Positions 20,001 to 29,700 of a DNA stretch of 64,000 bases are shown piece after piece; position 1 is the stretch's first letter, and every line of letters starts with the position of its first letter. Under the pieces are notes generated by a model that was not told where the DNA came from, made no database searches, and saw only the letters and a program-made list of their open reading frames with translations. The stretch lies in IMG/VR virus record IMGVR_UViG_3300023181_000028, positions 16,012 through 80,011 of that record. One strand, written 5' to 3'. A program made the translations under genes and the position numbers. Source of the DNA: a virus.

Positions 20001-20208
20001 GTTTTTCATCGTCGTTTTTAGTGTCAAGTCTGTCTATGATTTCATCTGCTTCCGCCTCTGATCTAATGCCATTAAGGAATGAATAGTCAGTGCCGCTTGA
20101 TCTAGTGTCAGCAACAGCCTTAACAGGTTCATTAGGATTAAAAGCAGGTTTATTAGTGCCGGTGTTCACTGGCTTATTAGGATCAAAAGGCGGTTTGTTT
20201 TCAGGCAT
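14083..20208 (-). CDS. large virion cargo/ejection protein with zincin-like (HExxH) domain
   Basis: ~2040 aa; DTPIHEAGH...EVLAEAIG; cargo position downstream of muzzle; ATG at 20208 preferred to TTG at 20214. Confidence 0.7.
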   Translation of the reverse strand: MPENKPPFDPNKPVNTGTNKPAFNPNEPVKAVADTRSSGTDYSFLNGIRSEAEADEIIDRLDTKNDDEKQIIKNIAIAQKQGRASVEDISDAILTIQGQHPKQSGGTKYYMKDVNGVQKPVPIANNERPPEGYDVASIWGSQESANDDGFIKSAAKHLVNGVIGAAEGVANLPQIAYGAITGEELPWYQTMKNSADYLKFKTPEYENEQIFDTKELKGISDFFDPSRYDFTKNNIQGAVLQGMESITSFLVGAKGIGGATRTLGAGAEGAGLISEGGKAASFLSGASNSGKLANGFAGSYMVNYDEALTAAEQAGLEGRDKYAFASVATIPTALLEMVGGTEGIFIKNQLARNGKKEMFNSLAAGLLKDSEGKITKESLEGLYNATTTAATKLNSTFAGQLAGNIAGEAGTEAAQSFALNAAKNIYDKISGEEKFKTDPFSLESFGEYVNSALAGALGAGGPALAGVSQKRKADRAEKQSNNAYETVKKGTEAITALKADIDNSVANDEMTPEDAERAKFKLDAYNVYHDQTKGLDLTDEERKKSFDLSFTIEGIKSEIPTDESEIKKMSPIEAAKVAGKKELVKGLQKELDAIILKENVKKETTVAPDTVGKVVKNEEKKAEESTIEDLGKRYGGTKTTTEEVETPTETVVEKSERRKNAPKFGQKDDNGTFEFNKQKPLERKEILHDYFDANPDLNGEMDAFIEGGQNEVWQLNLGGTGQFVQFGRSVKRDEYTGERENFPSGEETTTDSDGREYSKFKEPVTVKIQTIKADKVDANGKPRKTENLRILNVYNKSTGKYIVSVKEKEKGNSAYTPDEIKRMVALQQQGLKPIEGVKQPEKPQVKVEPVKAPVVKPEPVKERPTTTKVEEKVRKAPATVTVNELERESLIGEGYDNSSINKAIRRSNDLLKMPAQDLYKELRKLGVFNIGIQGNQEFRPDVGLDAREYAATLKQIEKGKDSKTLQKLLDFVEDVKETGNIKFLSGTGGTSERYTMPLYQSLLENVNPDRGLTEEEENAELEKEQAREQAFSETGQFQKSSDRKGQIQKVVERVRKSFPKVKVVYKEGAKFAGRLIGNTIEINPDYAGIDTPIHEAGHIMIDAIGYNNKVIQVGIKQLKDTPLWDDVKERYPELNEEMLGKEVLAEAIGMEGSLIFDKESVRNKFEAVLSYIFNRLKQLLGIDKNVAKSLAKQIIGGVNTRNKVGESKQEQLSKKKPFKTLDEMSAKDLAKKLTMSLESYRENVLGRSLEQIRKDLQFIKDALADEKYTEEQKEKLKVFKANIDKEAKRDASKWFAYKEDVDMLSSILSEGRLEDMTDERLLEAYNLMVSGDFADAAKEPKLNQLKQQIGYRMFVKRKTELEGLKGYVEEQANKTDLSAKDVLMKNLGHMTQNQPELQSFSKQFDETYFDMQQERDKLKGELENIGKEVIKEKNKSLGITDKAKEFVMSGSVKYFEFVEHPDGRYYTLEEAKAKSFTPAQTKFLKFMLGLNDLRNKQFEGMDEDQLNNEVLKVDKGVAESFREEGILQAFSAYLGNGHNIQNVRIKYGNKVMSYGEIERDLIKQGNKGALDKMKALLQMVKYQLAARRQLKTGTNVDEKENPLALTGGAEYNLSTDGRLKSKFNKPRDKSRGYSKDFYKAAHSFIDDYTHTEHIGKLLPYIQSIEYLNQVGFKEHEKKENVAEWVKQWTDLHIFKKEKVGALGPELDTFFRIIRKLTSLNVMAFAYRAGGFNIAMGIYNTIRKESAEAQYKGTKRLIQNPKKAAAIIRKYNAVSLDFDSNPKLYAGKLFEMLAHGLTRGGEYYIQGSAFLGLMSDKDFNSIEYNESTGQVKLKEGADEKGIKSRAIANIKTVSDIQGKYGEADKRNYQAGEFGKLVGQFKIWVPDAFKQRMGEEYIDANGVTHRGTYRAFLGQGFTDLKEAIKKDGIEGFTKNKDAMSNLKGLMVVAAFMALRLGGDDDKNKRKKGDAIDQALSNLLFIFDIDNIKFFVKSPVAAQATVSKFVNVMEDVMKLDVEKGSKDIISALPNSKAIKAGIEFIEED

Positions 20209-20211
20209 ACG

Positions 20212-20219
20212 CAAATATA
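20212..20219 (-). promoter_or_regulatory. sigma-A-type -7 element TATATTTG; leaderless arrangement
   Basis: Only 3 nt between element and ATG at 20208. Confidence 0.65.
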
Positions 20220-20255
20220 GCTAATATTGATGTATTTAAATTATTTGCATTTATT

Positions 20256-20280
20256 TGCAACCTTATTAGATTTGTATCGT
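20256..20280 (+). promoter_or_regulatory. ECF-type promoter of plus-strand island 1
   Basis: TGCAAC-N16-CGT, ATG 12 nt downstream. Confidence 0.7.
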
Positions 20281-20292
20281 TAAAGAGGGTTA

Positions 20293-20472
20293 ATGACAAG
20301 AAAACAAAAATACTACGAATCACTAAACAAGGTTTCAGAAAGTGCGTGGATGAAAGGAGTTCAATACGCTCTTTCGGTGGCAGTAAATCATTATAACGTG
20401 CCGGAAAGTGTAAGAGAGGGAATTATGCAATTAATTGAAATAGAAAAAAATGAAAAGAGAAATAAAGTTTAG
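20293..20472 (+). CDS. small hypothetical protein (59 aa, not in ORF track)
   Basis: MTRKQKYYES...; directly after promoter. Confidence 0.65.
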   Translation: MTRKQKYYESLNKVSESAWMKGVQYALSVAVNHYNVPESVREGIMQLIEIEKNEKRNKV

Positions 20473-20827
20473 AGGCTTAGCATTGCCATCAGGAAATTGG
20501 GTATTCGGAAGTTTAATTACAGGTAATTACCCCACATTTGAAGGTTCCACTCAAATATACAATGGCGGTGGATTTACGATAGTTGACCCTAAAACAGTTG
20601 GGCAATTTACTGGCAAAGTAGTGAATGGAAAGGATTTATACGAAGACGACATCATTACATGGGAAGAAGAGGACGATGACTATCCTTTAGCGTGGATTGA
20701 ATGGGAGCCGGAAGATGGTAAGTTTTGGGTTGAATCTGATGCCCAATGGGGAGGATATTTAAGTGAATTTGAAAACATTAAAGTAGTTGGAAATATTCAT
20801 CAACATAAAGGTATGTTAGCGCCATGA
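20450..20827 (+). CDS. YopX-family protein
   Basis: REIKFRG, TVGQFTG, LYEDDI, VVGNIHQ. Confidence 0.85.
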   Translation: MKREIKFRGLALPSGNWVFGSLITGNYPTFEGSTQIYNGGGFTIVDPKTVGQFTGKVVNGKDLYEDDIITWEEEDDDYPLAWIEWEPEDGKFWVESDAQWGGYLSEFENIKVVGNIHQHKGMLAP

Positions 20828-21174
20828 AAGATATATTTATACCATTCGAACTAGCTTTATGGGCAAGAGATTTAGGATTTGACGAGCCTTGCGTTGGCAA
20901 ATACTCAGGAGGATCTAAAGAACTCAAAGTAGGCGTGATTAATCAGCAAATGGCTACATGGTTATTGGCCCCAACATATCAACAAATACTAGATTGGCTA
21001 AGAGAACAACATAGTATATTTATTAGTCATTCCCATGCTTCGTGGGGAGAAGATTGGTTTTATTCAGTTGGTAACGGAAACGTAAAATTACTTGTCACAG
21101 ACATTAAAGATTATTACGAAGCATTTGATTCATGTTTAATTAAAGTATTTAAAATAATAGACAAAAATGACTAA
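20824..21174 (+). CDS. hypothetical phage protein
   Basis: ELA...LGFDEPC...APTYQQ..DWLRE motif. Confidence 0.75.
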   Translation: MKDIFIPFELALWARDLGFDEPCVGKYSGGSKELKVGVINQQMATWLLAPTYQQILDWLREQHSIFISHSHASWGEDWFYSVGNGNVKLLVTDIKDYYEAFDSCLIKVFKIIDKND

Positions 21175-21883
21175 AGAGAAAATAGAATCAGTTTGCCGCG
21201 CAGTTGAAATATATATTCAATCTAGCGCCTATTACAAAGAATGTATTATCGGAGGAAACTTTTCAGGCAGGTTTAATGAGTTTTTAACTCAAGAAATTTG
21301 TAATCAAATAGTTAGGCAACATGAAAAGTTATTAAGCCAACTAAAAGCATCAGAATACGAAAATGGACATTTGTCTGGCAAAGTTTCTGATTTAGTAAGG
21401 TACATATCTGACCTTGATGAAGACTTTAAAAAAGAAGACGCGCGGAATAACGAACTCACTGATAAGGTGGCGGAATTAGAGTTAGGTATAGGCATATTGG
21501 AAGATAATTTAGATGCAGCTCAGGAGAAGATTTCGGAATATGAAGAAGCGATAGGGTTAAAATCTAAGCATATTCAACAATATCACGATTCTTTGTTAAA
21601 TAAAGATATCGAAATTCGTAAATGGCGAGAATTAGTTGAAAATATGAAATCAAACCACGCTAAAGAAACTGATAGTATTAGAGGGGATCATTGCGATTAT
21701 TTAAAAAAGGTATTGGGAGAGATGCAAATCATTAAGGGTTACAATCAGAATTTAATAAATGAATTAAGGCGTTGCAGAACACATATGCTTGAAGCTGGAT
21801 TTCATTCTCAGTCAGCGCCTATAACCGCGTTAGATCAAACAATACGTCAAAACACAATTGAATTAGGAGAACTTAGAGATTAA
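21167..21883 (+). CDS. coiled-coil hypothetical protein
   Basis: Heptad-rich ORF. Confidence 0.7.
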   Translation: MTKEKIESVCRAVEIYIQSSAYYKECIIGGNFSGRFNEFLTQEICNQIVRQHEKLLSQLKASEYENGHLSGKVSDLVRYISDLDEDFKKEDARNNELTDKVAELELGIGILEDNLDAAQEKISEYEEAIGLKSKHIQQYHDSLLNKDIEIRKWRELVENMKSNHAKETDSIRGDHCDYLKKVLGEMQIIKGYNQNLINELRRCRTHMLEAGFHSQSAPITALDQTIRQNTIELGELRD

Positions 21884-21898
21884 TAAAATAAAGGCTAA

Positions 21899-23305
21899 CT
21901 ACTCGTACTTGCCAGTTTTCGGATTCCAAGTGTATTGATAACCATTCTGAGTTACAGTAGTGGGTCTATCTCCGCCACCCTCTTGAGGAGCATCAGCCAT
22001 TAATTTAGATTTAGCAATATGGGCTTGTTGATTAAAAGCACCCGCATAACTTGAGTTCAATTCCACAGGCATAAAGCTCTTAACCTTAACCATTTTTACA
22101 TCTTCTCCCTTGCCATTAGCCTGTGTAATCAATTCAGCATTCTTATTCCATTCCGGTACAATCTCTTCTCCCTGAAAAGGATTCCAATTGCCATCATCGT
22201 ATATCCCTTTCTCCTTAGCCACCTCTAAAGGAAGATAAGTGTAAGTTTCTACAAGTTTCTGTCTGCGTCCGCCAGCCTCTACATATTTATGTCCGCCAGT
22301 GTAATAAATCCTATTACCTGTTATATCCAAAGGATTTTGACCCTTATTATCATAAATAATAGCTTTAGGTTTAGAGCCATAAGTTTGTTCTAAGAACTCA
22401 GGGCTAACCACACCTTCCTGGCGGTTAACAAAAGCGTCCTGATAAGCATTACTTGGATTTGCAATACCACTTGATTCTAATTTATTCTTATACCCGGCAA
22501 CTGTTAACGCATCACTTAATCCATAATCCCCAAAATCTCTCTTCTTAGGCACGTGAGCATTAATACCCTGTTCAATGTATGTCAATGGGTCTAAACCTTG
22601 TTTACGGGCTTCTATATCAATTTGGCGCTTATTCTGAGAATACATTTGCGTGGCAACCGCGCGTAATGACGTTGGGTCTGCAAATTCTTCATAAGCATTC
22701 CTTCCTCCCTTAATAGGTTTAGTCTTTAAATCCTTAAAGCTATTTCCTGTTTCCTGAAAAGCCTTGTTTATATCAATGAAGTCTCTAGGTTTCTGATATA
22801 CAAACGCCTGTTTACCTTGTAACTTAGCAGCCTCTTCACCAGCTTGATTACCATATTTGAGATAATTTTGCCATTGGCCTTGCAAATCATTGTAGGCTTG
22901 TGTATCATGTTGCTGAGGGTTCTTTGCAACTTCCGCCAAATCCTGTAAATAAGATTTATATGCACTATCAGAAGCAAGTCCTCTCAATAATGTAGGATTG
23001 TCTTTAAGCGAACGTTTAAGTTCATTCAATTGCATTCTCTTGTCCACGTTAGTAGCCCAATCAGGATTCTCGCGGACAAATGAACCTATCTTTTTAATAG
23101 TCGATTGAGATTCTAATTTTACAAGAGGATTATCATGCCCATTTATAGCATTCTGATAGTTAAGATCATCAGAGAAAAGTCGTGCTTTCTGGGCGGCCAT
23201 AGCTTTTGCTCTAGCATCAGCTTGCTCATTATAACGAGCATCATTTATTTTCTGATCGAACTGTAAGTCAACTGCAAGTCCATTTATTGTACCAATCTCT
23301 GCCAT
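21899..23305 (-). CDS. virion cargo/ejection protein
   Basis: Q/N/A-rich helical protein in cargo position. Confidence 0.6.
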   Translation of the reverse strand: MAEIGTINGLAVDLQFDQKINDARYNEQADARAKAMAAQKARLFSDDLNYQNAINGHDNPLVKLESQSTIKKIGSFVRENPDWATNVDKRMQLNELKRSLKDNPTLLRGLASDSAYKSYLQDLAEVAKNPQQHDTQAYNDLQGQWQNYLKYGNQAGEEAAKLQGKQAFVYQKPRDFIDINKAFQETGNSFKDLKTKPIKGGRNAYEEFADPTSLRAVATQMYSQNKRQIDIEARKQGLDPLTYIEQGINAHVPKKRDFGDYGLSDALTVAGYKNKLESSGIANPSNAYQDAFVNRQEGVVSPEFLEQTYGSKPKAIIYDNKGQNPLDITGNRIYYTGGHKYVEAGGRRQKLVETYTYLPLEVAKEKGIYDDGNWNPFQGEEIVPEWNKNAELITQANGKGEDVKMVKVKSFMPVELNSSYAGAFNQQAHIAKSKLMADAPQEGGGDRPTTVTQNGYQYTWNPKTGKYE

Positions 23306-25284
23306 TAAATACCGTTTAAATAAGAGTTATCAATGTTAGTTCTGTTTGCAATAGCCCTTTTCTCAGCTTCGTATCGGCCAGCTCCAACTAAGTTGCTTAA
23401 ACCTGTCCCGACCAAGTTAGCCCCTGCTTGCTGTGATTGTTGCCATCCTGTTAGTTTATCATTGAAGAGTCTACGAGACAGATCAACTTTCTGCAATCTT
23501 AGATTATCCGCGCTAGCAGCAATATTATCAGCCTCTCTTTGCTTCTGTAACTGTAATTGTCTGTTTGCCACAGAACTTGCTAAACCTCTTCCAAATGAAT
23601 CATTTAAAGCGCTACGTTCCATGCCATAAGCATTCGCCGCGCTACCTCCACTATAATTCCTTGCTCCAAACCTTTGCGAAGCTGTGACATTAGCATTGTT
23701 GTTATTAATCACCGCCTGTTCTTCCGGTGTAAATCCATAAGAAGCCCTTTGATAAGCATTTGCAGCACGATTATCTGCGTTGTTTAATGATATTTGATAG
23801 TTAGGGTCAATTGAATCAACAGGTCTATCTCCTGCCTTTCTAAGGTAGTTTAAGCCTATTCCTGTTTGTAATAATGGAACTCCGTAATTTAACGCTGTAG
23901 ATAATCCACTTCCAATAGCTGAATAGTTAGGTGTAGTTGAAGGGGTGGTTTCCGCCAATCTCGTGGCTAGTTCAGCTTCATAAGGGGCTAAATTAGCAGC
24001 GTCATCAATAGCACTATCTCCTTTTGTCACTGCCGCCGAAACCCCCTTAGCTAATCCGCTTGTAGGCGCTGTGATTGCATTGTCAATATCCTGATTAGCC
24101 ATTGTCTCTGCTAAGCTCTCAGAAGCATTACTTGATTTACTTATAGGCACCTTGCTACTTAATGAATTGCTTAATCCTTTTCCTGTTACAGATGTAGTGG
24201 AAGTTTTAGGGATCTCAATACCTAATTTTTTAGCTAAATCTTGTTGGTATTTCTCAGGGCTTGAGCGATCAATTGTTCCTGTCTTGTAAGTTGCATCCAG
24301 AGAATCAATCTTCCCTTTTGTATATTTTAATATTGCTTCATTCTTAGCTTTGTTAGCAGGATCTTTATCCGCCAAAGCCTTATTTCTTAAAGCATATAAA
24401 GATTCAACCTTTGATAGGTATTCCTCTGTTTTGCCGTCTTTAATATTTTTAGTGTCAGGCTTCTCTACTCCCCCGCCTTTAGCATATCCTTTAACCTTAC
24501 CTCCCTTGTTCATATAACCTCTAAGGTCATTCTGGGCATCCGGCGACAAGTCATCTAAATCTATTCCATTAGCTTCAATCTCCTCCACTTCCTCAGGAGT
24601 GAATAAATGTTCCCCATTTGAAAGTTTAACAGCAATGGCTTTGTCTTGGTTTAAATCAGCTTTACTATTCTCATCTTCACCTAACACTTCTTTACGAATA
24701 ACCTCTGCCACCTTAGCGTTTTTCTTAGGTACAATATGCGAACCCTCTTTAACCTTAGCCTTAATACTATCAGATGTACCCGTTCCTTTACCGACAACTT
24801 TACCTCCCTTGCTATATGAATTTCTACTTGCTAATTGATTAGCTAAATTACTATTGAATAATGTAGAGTTCTTAGCGTTTATTTCAGCCAGATTCTCTTC
24901 CTCATTTAATGTATTAATATCACTATTAGATTTATCAGCGTCCCTAAAGCCTTTAATAGCGCCTAGTGTTCCGCCAGCCAATAACCCTATTCCACCACCT
25001 ATCAATGTCCCAACTCCCGGCACCACTGAACCAATAGTTGCTCCTAATGAAGCGCCTTTGCCAGCAGCTTTTAATCCGCCGGATAGCGCAGCTTTGTTAG
25101 CGTCAATCATTCCGGCATCGTTAGGATTGTTTGTAGCGTCGATAAGAGAACCTGCGCCTGTAGCAAGTGCAGATCCGGCAGCAATAGAAGGGGAGTATGT
25201 ATTTAACTTAGGGTCAATATACCCTCCATTGGCATATCCTTTAACTTTCTTAACTAAACCTGATTTCTTTTTAGGATTCTTCAT
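23305..25284 (-). CDS. virion cargo/ejection protein 1
   Basis: Repeated Y..GG, G.GTGTSDSI.A..LSNGE, Gly/Ala TM-like hairpin; next after muzzle. Confidence 0.65.
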   Translation of the reverse strand: MKNPKKKSGLVKKVKGYANGGYIDPKLNTYSPSIAAGSALATGAGSLIDATNNPNDAGMIDANKAALSGGLKAAGKGASLGATIGSVVPGVGTLIGGGIGLLAGGTLGAIKGFRDADKSNSDINTLNEEENLAEINAKNSTLFNSNLANQLASRNSYSKGGKVVGKGTGTSDSIKAKVKEGSHIVPKKNAKVAEVIRKEVLGEDENSKADLNQDKAIAVKLSNGEHLFTPEEVEEIEANGIDLDDLSPDAQNDLRGYMNKGGKVKGYAKGGGVEKPDTKNIKDGKTEEYLSKVESLYALRNKALADKDPANKAKNEAILKYTKGKIDSLDATYKTGTIDRSSPEKYQQDLAKKLGIEIPKTSTTSVTGKGLSNSLSSKVPISKSSNASESLAETMANQDIDNAITAPTSGLAKGVSAAVTKGDSAIDDAANLAPYEAELATRLAETTPSTTPNYSAIGSGLSTALNYGVPLLQTGIGLNYLRKAGDRPVDSIDPNYQISLNNADNRAANAYQRASYGFTPEEQAVINNNNANVTASQRFGARNYSGGSAANAYGMERSALNDSFGRGLASSVANRQLQLQKQREADNIAASADNLRLQKVDLSRRLFNDKLTGWQQSQQAGANLVGTGLSNLVGAGRYEAEKRAIANRTNIDNSYLNGI

Positions 25285-25346
25285 TCGTAATGAATTGATA
25301 ATCTCAAAAGTAAGGATTTTTTCAATCTCTTGCTATTAAAGATTTA

Positions 25347-25399
25347 TTACAGATTTTGTAAGGAAATGCAATGGTTGTAAATTATTACAATAATTGTAA
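25347..25399. repeat. paired TTACA-N5-TGTAA palindromes, 38 bp period (pair 2)
   Basis: Sites at 25347 and 25385, between divergent promoters. Confidence 0.85.
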
Positions 25400-25407
25400 T
25401 AGAATAT

Positions 25408-25432
25408 TGCAACCTTTTATAATTAGCTTCGT
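25408..25432 (+). promoter_or_regulatory. ECF-type promoter of plus-strand island 2
   Basis: TGCAAC-N16-CGT, ATG 14 nt downstream. Confidence 0.7.
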
Positions 25433-25446
25433 TAAAGTACATAATT

Positions 25447-26190
25447 ATGATATTAATAGGTTCAAAAGCAATTAAACACCATTACCCTGAGTTTCCAAGA
25501 GAACCTAAGGATATAGATTACATAGTTAACACTAATAGTAATCTAAAAAGCGGCAACGGGATAGAGTATCTTCAAAATCCAATAATATATAACAGATACA
25601 AGCCTTTTACTAATACCATTGTGTCTAAAGACGATTTAGCCACTATAAAAGCATCTCACCTTTTTTGGGATATAAAATGGGAAAAGCACATGTTTGATCT
25701 ACAATTCTTACTTAAAAATGATTGCGAGATAAACGAAGAGTTGTTTTTTAAATTATACGAATACTGGAACGGTTTTCACAGCAAAAACAAAAGGAGTGAC
25801 CTTAAAATGTCTAAAGAAGACTTTTTTACCAACAAAATAAATTACAGCCAGAATCAACATGACGACCTCCACAAAATAATAAATCCTAATCCGGTTTATG
25901 AGATGTGTCTTTTGGACGGAAAGGAAGTTGAATTAGATGAAAATAAATTTAATTCTTTGTCACATGAAAATAAGTTGGAATTTGTAAGAGAAGAAGTTAT
26001 GGTAATGGCATACGAAAGATATTCTGAATTAGGATACAAAATAGCTTATTCTAAAATGCTTAAAAAATTCATTATTAGTCACGCACCGTTGTTTTCTTTA
26101 ATATTCATTTTAGAGAATTTCATTGAACTACATAAACCAAAATACAACTATATAAAACAAATAAACAATGGACTACAAAAAAATCAATGA
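25447..26190 (+). CDS. nucleotidyltransferase-fold protein
   Basis: hhIGS.A and R.PKDID (Pol-beta NTase hG[GS]/DxD signature); HDDLH in C-domain. Confidence 0.6.
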   Translation: MILIGSKAIKHHYPEFPREPKDIDYIVNTNSNLKSGNGIEYLQNPIIYNRYKPFTNTIVSKDDLATIKASHLFWDIKWEKHMFDLQFLLKNDCEINEELFFKLYEYWNGFHSKNKRSDLKMSKEDFFTNKINYSQNQHDDLHKIINPNPVYEMCLLDGKEVELDENKFNSLSHENKLEFVREEVMVMAYERYSELGYKIAYSKMLKKFIISHAPLFSLIFILENFIELHKPKYNYIKQINNGLQKNQ

Positions 26191-26410
26191 GGCGTTGAGA
26201 GATATTTCCGCAATTAGAAACAAAAAAGCCGTTGAAACGGTTAAAACAGATGAAGATACGACCGACGAGGTTTATCCATCAGAAATTGAAGATGTTTTTA
26301 TCAAACTAACAGTGACAACAGATTCATATGGCGATAATGAAAAAATAACATCTATTCAATTTGTTTCGCCTGTTACAAAAAACATTACTAATTACGAACC
26401 AATAAAATAA
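26168..26410 (+). CDS. hypothetical protein, paralog of next gene
   Basis: SYG...V.P..K.IT.YE. Confidence 0.7.
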   Translation: MDYKKINEALRDISAIRNKKAVETVKTDEDTTDEVYPSEIEDVFIKLTVTTDSYGDNEKITSIQFVSPVTKNITNYEPIK

Positions 26411-26415
26411 AAACA

Positions 26416-26715
26416 ATGGAAAAGCTTACGGGAGAACAAATTATTGAAATTTTAAAAAAATCAGACATTGAGTTAAAAGAATTTGCTTATGGAGATTTTG
26501 ATTCAAATGCTTTGGGATTAGGTGAATGGGAAGAGGTAGATCAAAAGGGGGGAGAGGGAGAAGGCGAAAGCTGGCACTCCGTTAAACATTTTAAAGATCA
26601 TGATGTATATCTACGAATAGATGGACATTACACCTCTTACGACGGAACAGATTTTTACGGTTCTGAAATCGAAGAAGTTAAGCCGAAGCAAAAAACAATC
26701 ACAGTATATGAATAA
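26416..26715 (+). CDS. hypothetical phage protein
   Basis: GGEGEGE...G.Y.SYDG...EVKPKQKTITVYE. Confidence 0.75.
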   Translation: MEKLTGEQIIEILKKSDIELKEFAYGDFDSNALGLGEWEEVDQKGGEGEGESWHSVKHFKDHDVYLRIDGHYTSYDGTDFYGSEIEEVKPKQKTITVYE

Positions 26716-26721
26716 GAATAT

Positions 26722-26745
26722 AGGCGGCTAACAACCGCCTTTTTT
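26722..26745 (+). terminator. intrinsic terminator of island 2
   Basis: AGGCGG-loop-CCGCCT followed by T-run. Confidence 0.8.
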
Positions 26746-26747
26746 CA

Positions 26748-29700
26748 TTACCTCTTACTCTCAAAGAAGCTAGTCACTAATCTTAAAATCTTAACACCTC
26801 TACTCACAACGCGCGGATCAGTATTCCAGTTTTTCTTGCGGAATGTCATAAGTAGATAAGAATTAGTTATACGACCTGCTCTTGATAAAGGGAGGTTACT
26901 TGTTATCTTATCGTATATCTTGCGGTAAAACCTGCTTGTAGACCTTATATTAACATCCTGAGCGGTTTGATCTTCCGCCTCAATATACAAGTCAGTGATA
27001 TTCTCCATATTACCCTCCTGCTCTATATTTAATACAGAGAAAGGGTTTTGACTTCTTGGATTAACTACAAACTGCAATAGATTATTAATAACCTGACCAA
27101 ACACACTATTATACAAATAATCAGGTGCCACCGCTTGTCCTAACAATCTTGGCTGGTTATCCACCCACAATTCATTAGTTTGATTGATCTTAGCCCAATA
27201 AATAGAGCCTGGATAACCAGGAACTTCATCCCCAACTCCCGGATATGAAGCGATATCAACTTCCGCAATACAGATATACTCAGCATTCATATAAGGAACT
27301 ACATCTCCAACCTCAAACAGAGTGCCGTTCATTCCGGTTCCGTAGTACTTAACCTTATTCTTAGGATTGTTCGCATGAATTACAATTTGATTATGGTTCC
27401 AACTTATCGCCGGAGTTTTATCGTAAAACCCTATAAATTGCTTGTCAGTGTGACTGTATCCAATAGTGAAGTCTTTGTTGTATTTTACTGTAACGCCTCT
27501 CTGAATGAACTTAAAAGTTAAATAAGTCATTTTAAACTTAGGATCATACACTCCACAAACACCCACTCCAATTAATGGCCTATCACTATACTTAGTAAAC
27601 ATAGGATCATTCAATAGATTATTAGAGATAGCCGAAGTATTGCCTATAACCTCTAAAAAAGCCTCGTTAAAGAATCCTTCTAATCCTTCTACCTTGCTTA
27701 TCTCAGACACACCTTCGCCTAAACTAAGGGTAACTACAGCCTTTCTGCGCATATCAAACCACGCCCAGCCATATTCAGTGGCAGTTAATCCCCATTGGTG
27801 CTGATTACCATAATAAGATGTTACAGGATCAAATCTTTCCACTACTCCTCCGGTTCCTAATGAGGTTTCTGCCCCATCTAAACCACTTATCAATTGTCTT
27901 TCTAAAATAGGAATTAAGTCAATTGCAGAATTTTGCCATACAAACGTTCTACCATCCTTAGTCCTTAAATTATTAATCTCTCCACCATGCCCGTCAGTAT
28001 CTTTCCTATCGTTAATAAGAAACGTTCTGAATGAATTAATAAGTTCGCCCGGAAACTTCTCTCCGCCAAACCTAATTCTATATCTGAATGTGTTAGATGT
28101 TGAATAGTTTAAAGGAAGTGCCGGATAAGCCACGAAGTTACCATCACTTGAATATCCCTGATTATATTGAAAACCTTCTAATTGACTACTTGTTCCTAGC
28201 TTATAGTAAATCCCATTGCCCGGAGTCGGATTAGAATGCATGAAATCAGGAGCAATCTTTCTTTTTGGAACACCTGTCCTTAAAGCGTAGTTAGCATTTG
28301 ATTGACAAGGGAACTTAATACCCCATGAATAAGAACCCGTAGGGCTTCCATCAATAGGTTTTACAGCAGCATCATCATATAATGCGTATCCATAATCCAC
28401 TAACTGAGTGAAGCAATCTCCTCCAAATACCTCTACGTCATTAAATACATAGTTGCCACCAGACAATGTATCAGCTAATACAGCAGGTGTTATAGGTTGA
28501 AAATGTCCTGTTGAAATATAATTAGTGGTGGATAAAGCCGCCTCCGAATTACCTCCGTATTGGTTAGTTTTAGTATTAATAATGTTAACCATCATTTTTC
28601 TCACTCCTGAGTTAGGAATAGAAGCATAGGTAGTGGCAACGTTATAGTCTAATAAAGTATCATCTGTAAGCTCTAAAATAGCTCTTAATCCTCCGACTCC
28701 CACAGTATTTAAAGGAAGTGTATTAGTAGTATTAGGAACTCCGCTAAAGCATTCAGTATCTATATTTACAGCATTACCCGTATCAGTTACATTTTGATAA
28801 TAAATAGTTGTATTTGAGAATTGAGCAAGGTTAGCCTTCTCCGCTACATCAAACTTACTTTTAATAACTTCTGTTTGAGGCTCTGCCCCAGCATATCCTA
28901 ATGTATCAAAATACTTAGTTTCAAACTCATTACTAGCAGGAGTGACAGATTTTAAATACCCAGCATCACCTAATTGGTTTTGAGCTTGATCGCGCGGTCC
29001 AACCCAATAAGCCTCTTCAATAGACAACGAACCATCCGAAATACCATCTCCAAAATTAGTTATAGGGAAGTCAACTAAGTTGTCAGGGCAAATGAATGAA
29101 TAAAACTTAGCCCTACTCCCCGGCGAATTGTCTTTACTTAACTTATGAACAGAGGCAGGTTGAATAACTGTATATCCAGATACTGTAGCATAAGAATCAG
29201 TGGTTTGAAATAATAACCCTTGAGTTAATATCTTAGGATCTCTTTCCGCTCTCACAATACTAAACCCTGATATTTGCGCGGCAATCTCTGGTGAAATAGT
29301 GATACCGCTAAATCTAACTCCCGTCTGTAATGTATACAGAACATTTCCATCATTATCAGCTTCTATTAAAGTTGGCCCGCCATTACCTAAAAAAGGAACT
29401 GAATTACCATAAGCAGTTTCAATATCCGCTAAATGTCTTACGTAAAAAGGATTTCCCTTTAAATCATAAAACAATATTCCATATCTATATTTATCACCCT
29501 CCCATATACCCTTTACATGGTGAGCAACTGTAGGATCTTTATAATCCCAATATCCCGAACTTAACAATAAAGCATCAGGGCGTGGAGTACCACCTGTAGT
29601 AGTATATTTATTCCTACTTGCACATGGCCCTATGGTGCTTCCTAATGGAATGGTTACAGTGAAAACACCTGGAACCCCCACAAACACATCTCCCGCATTA

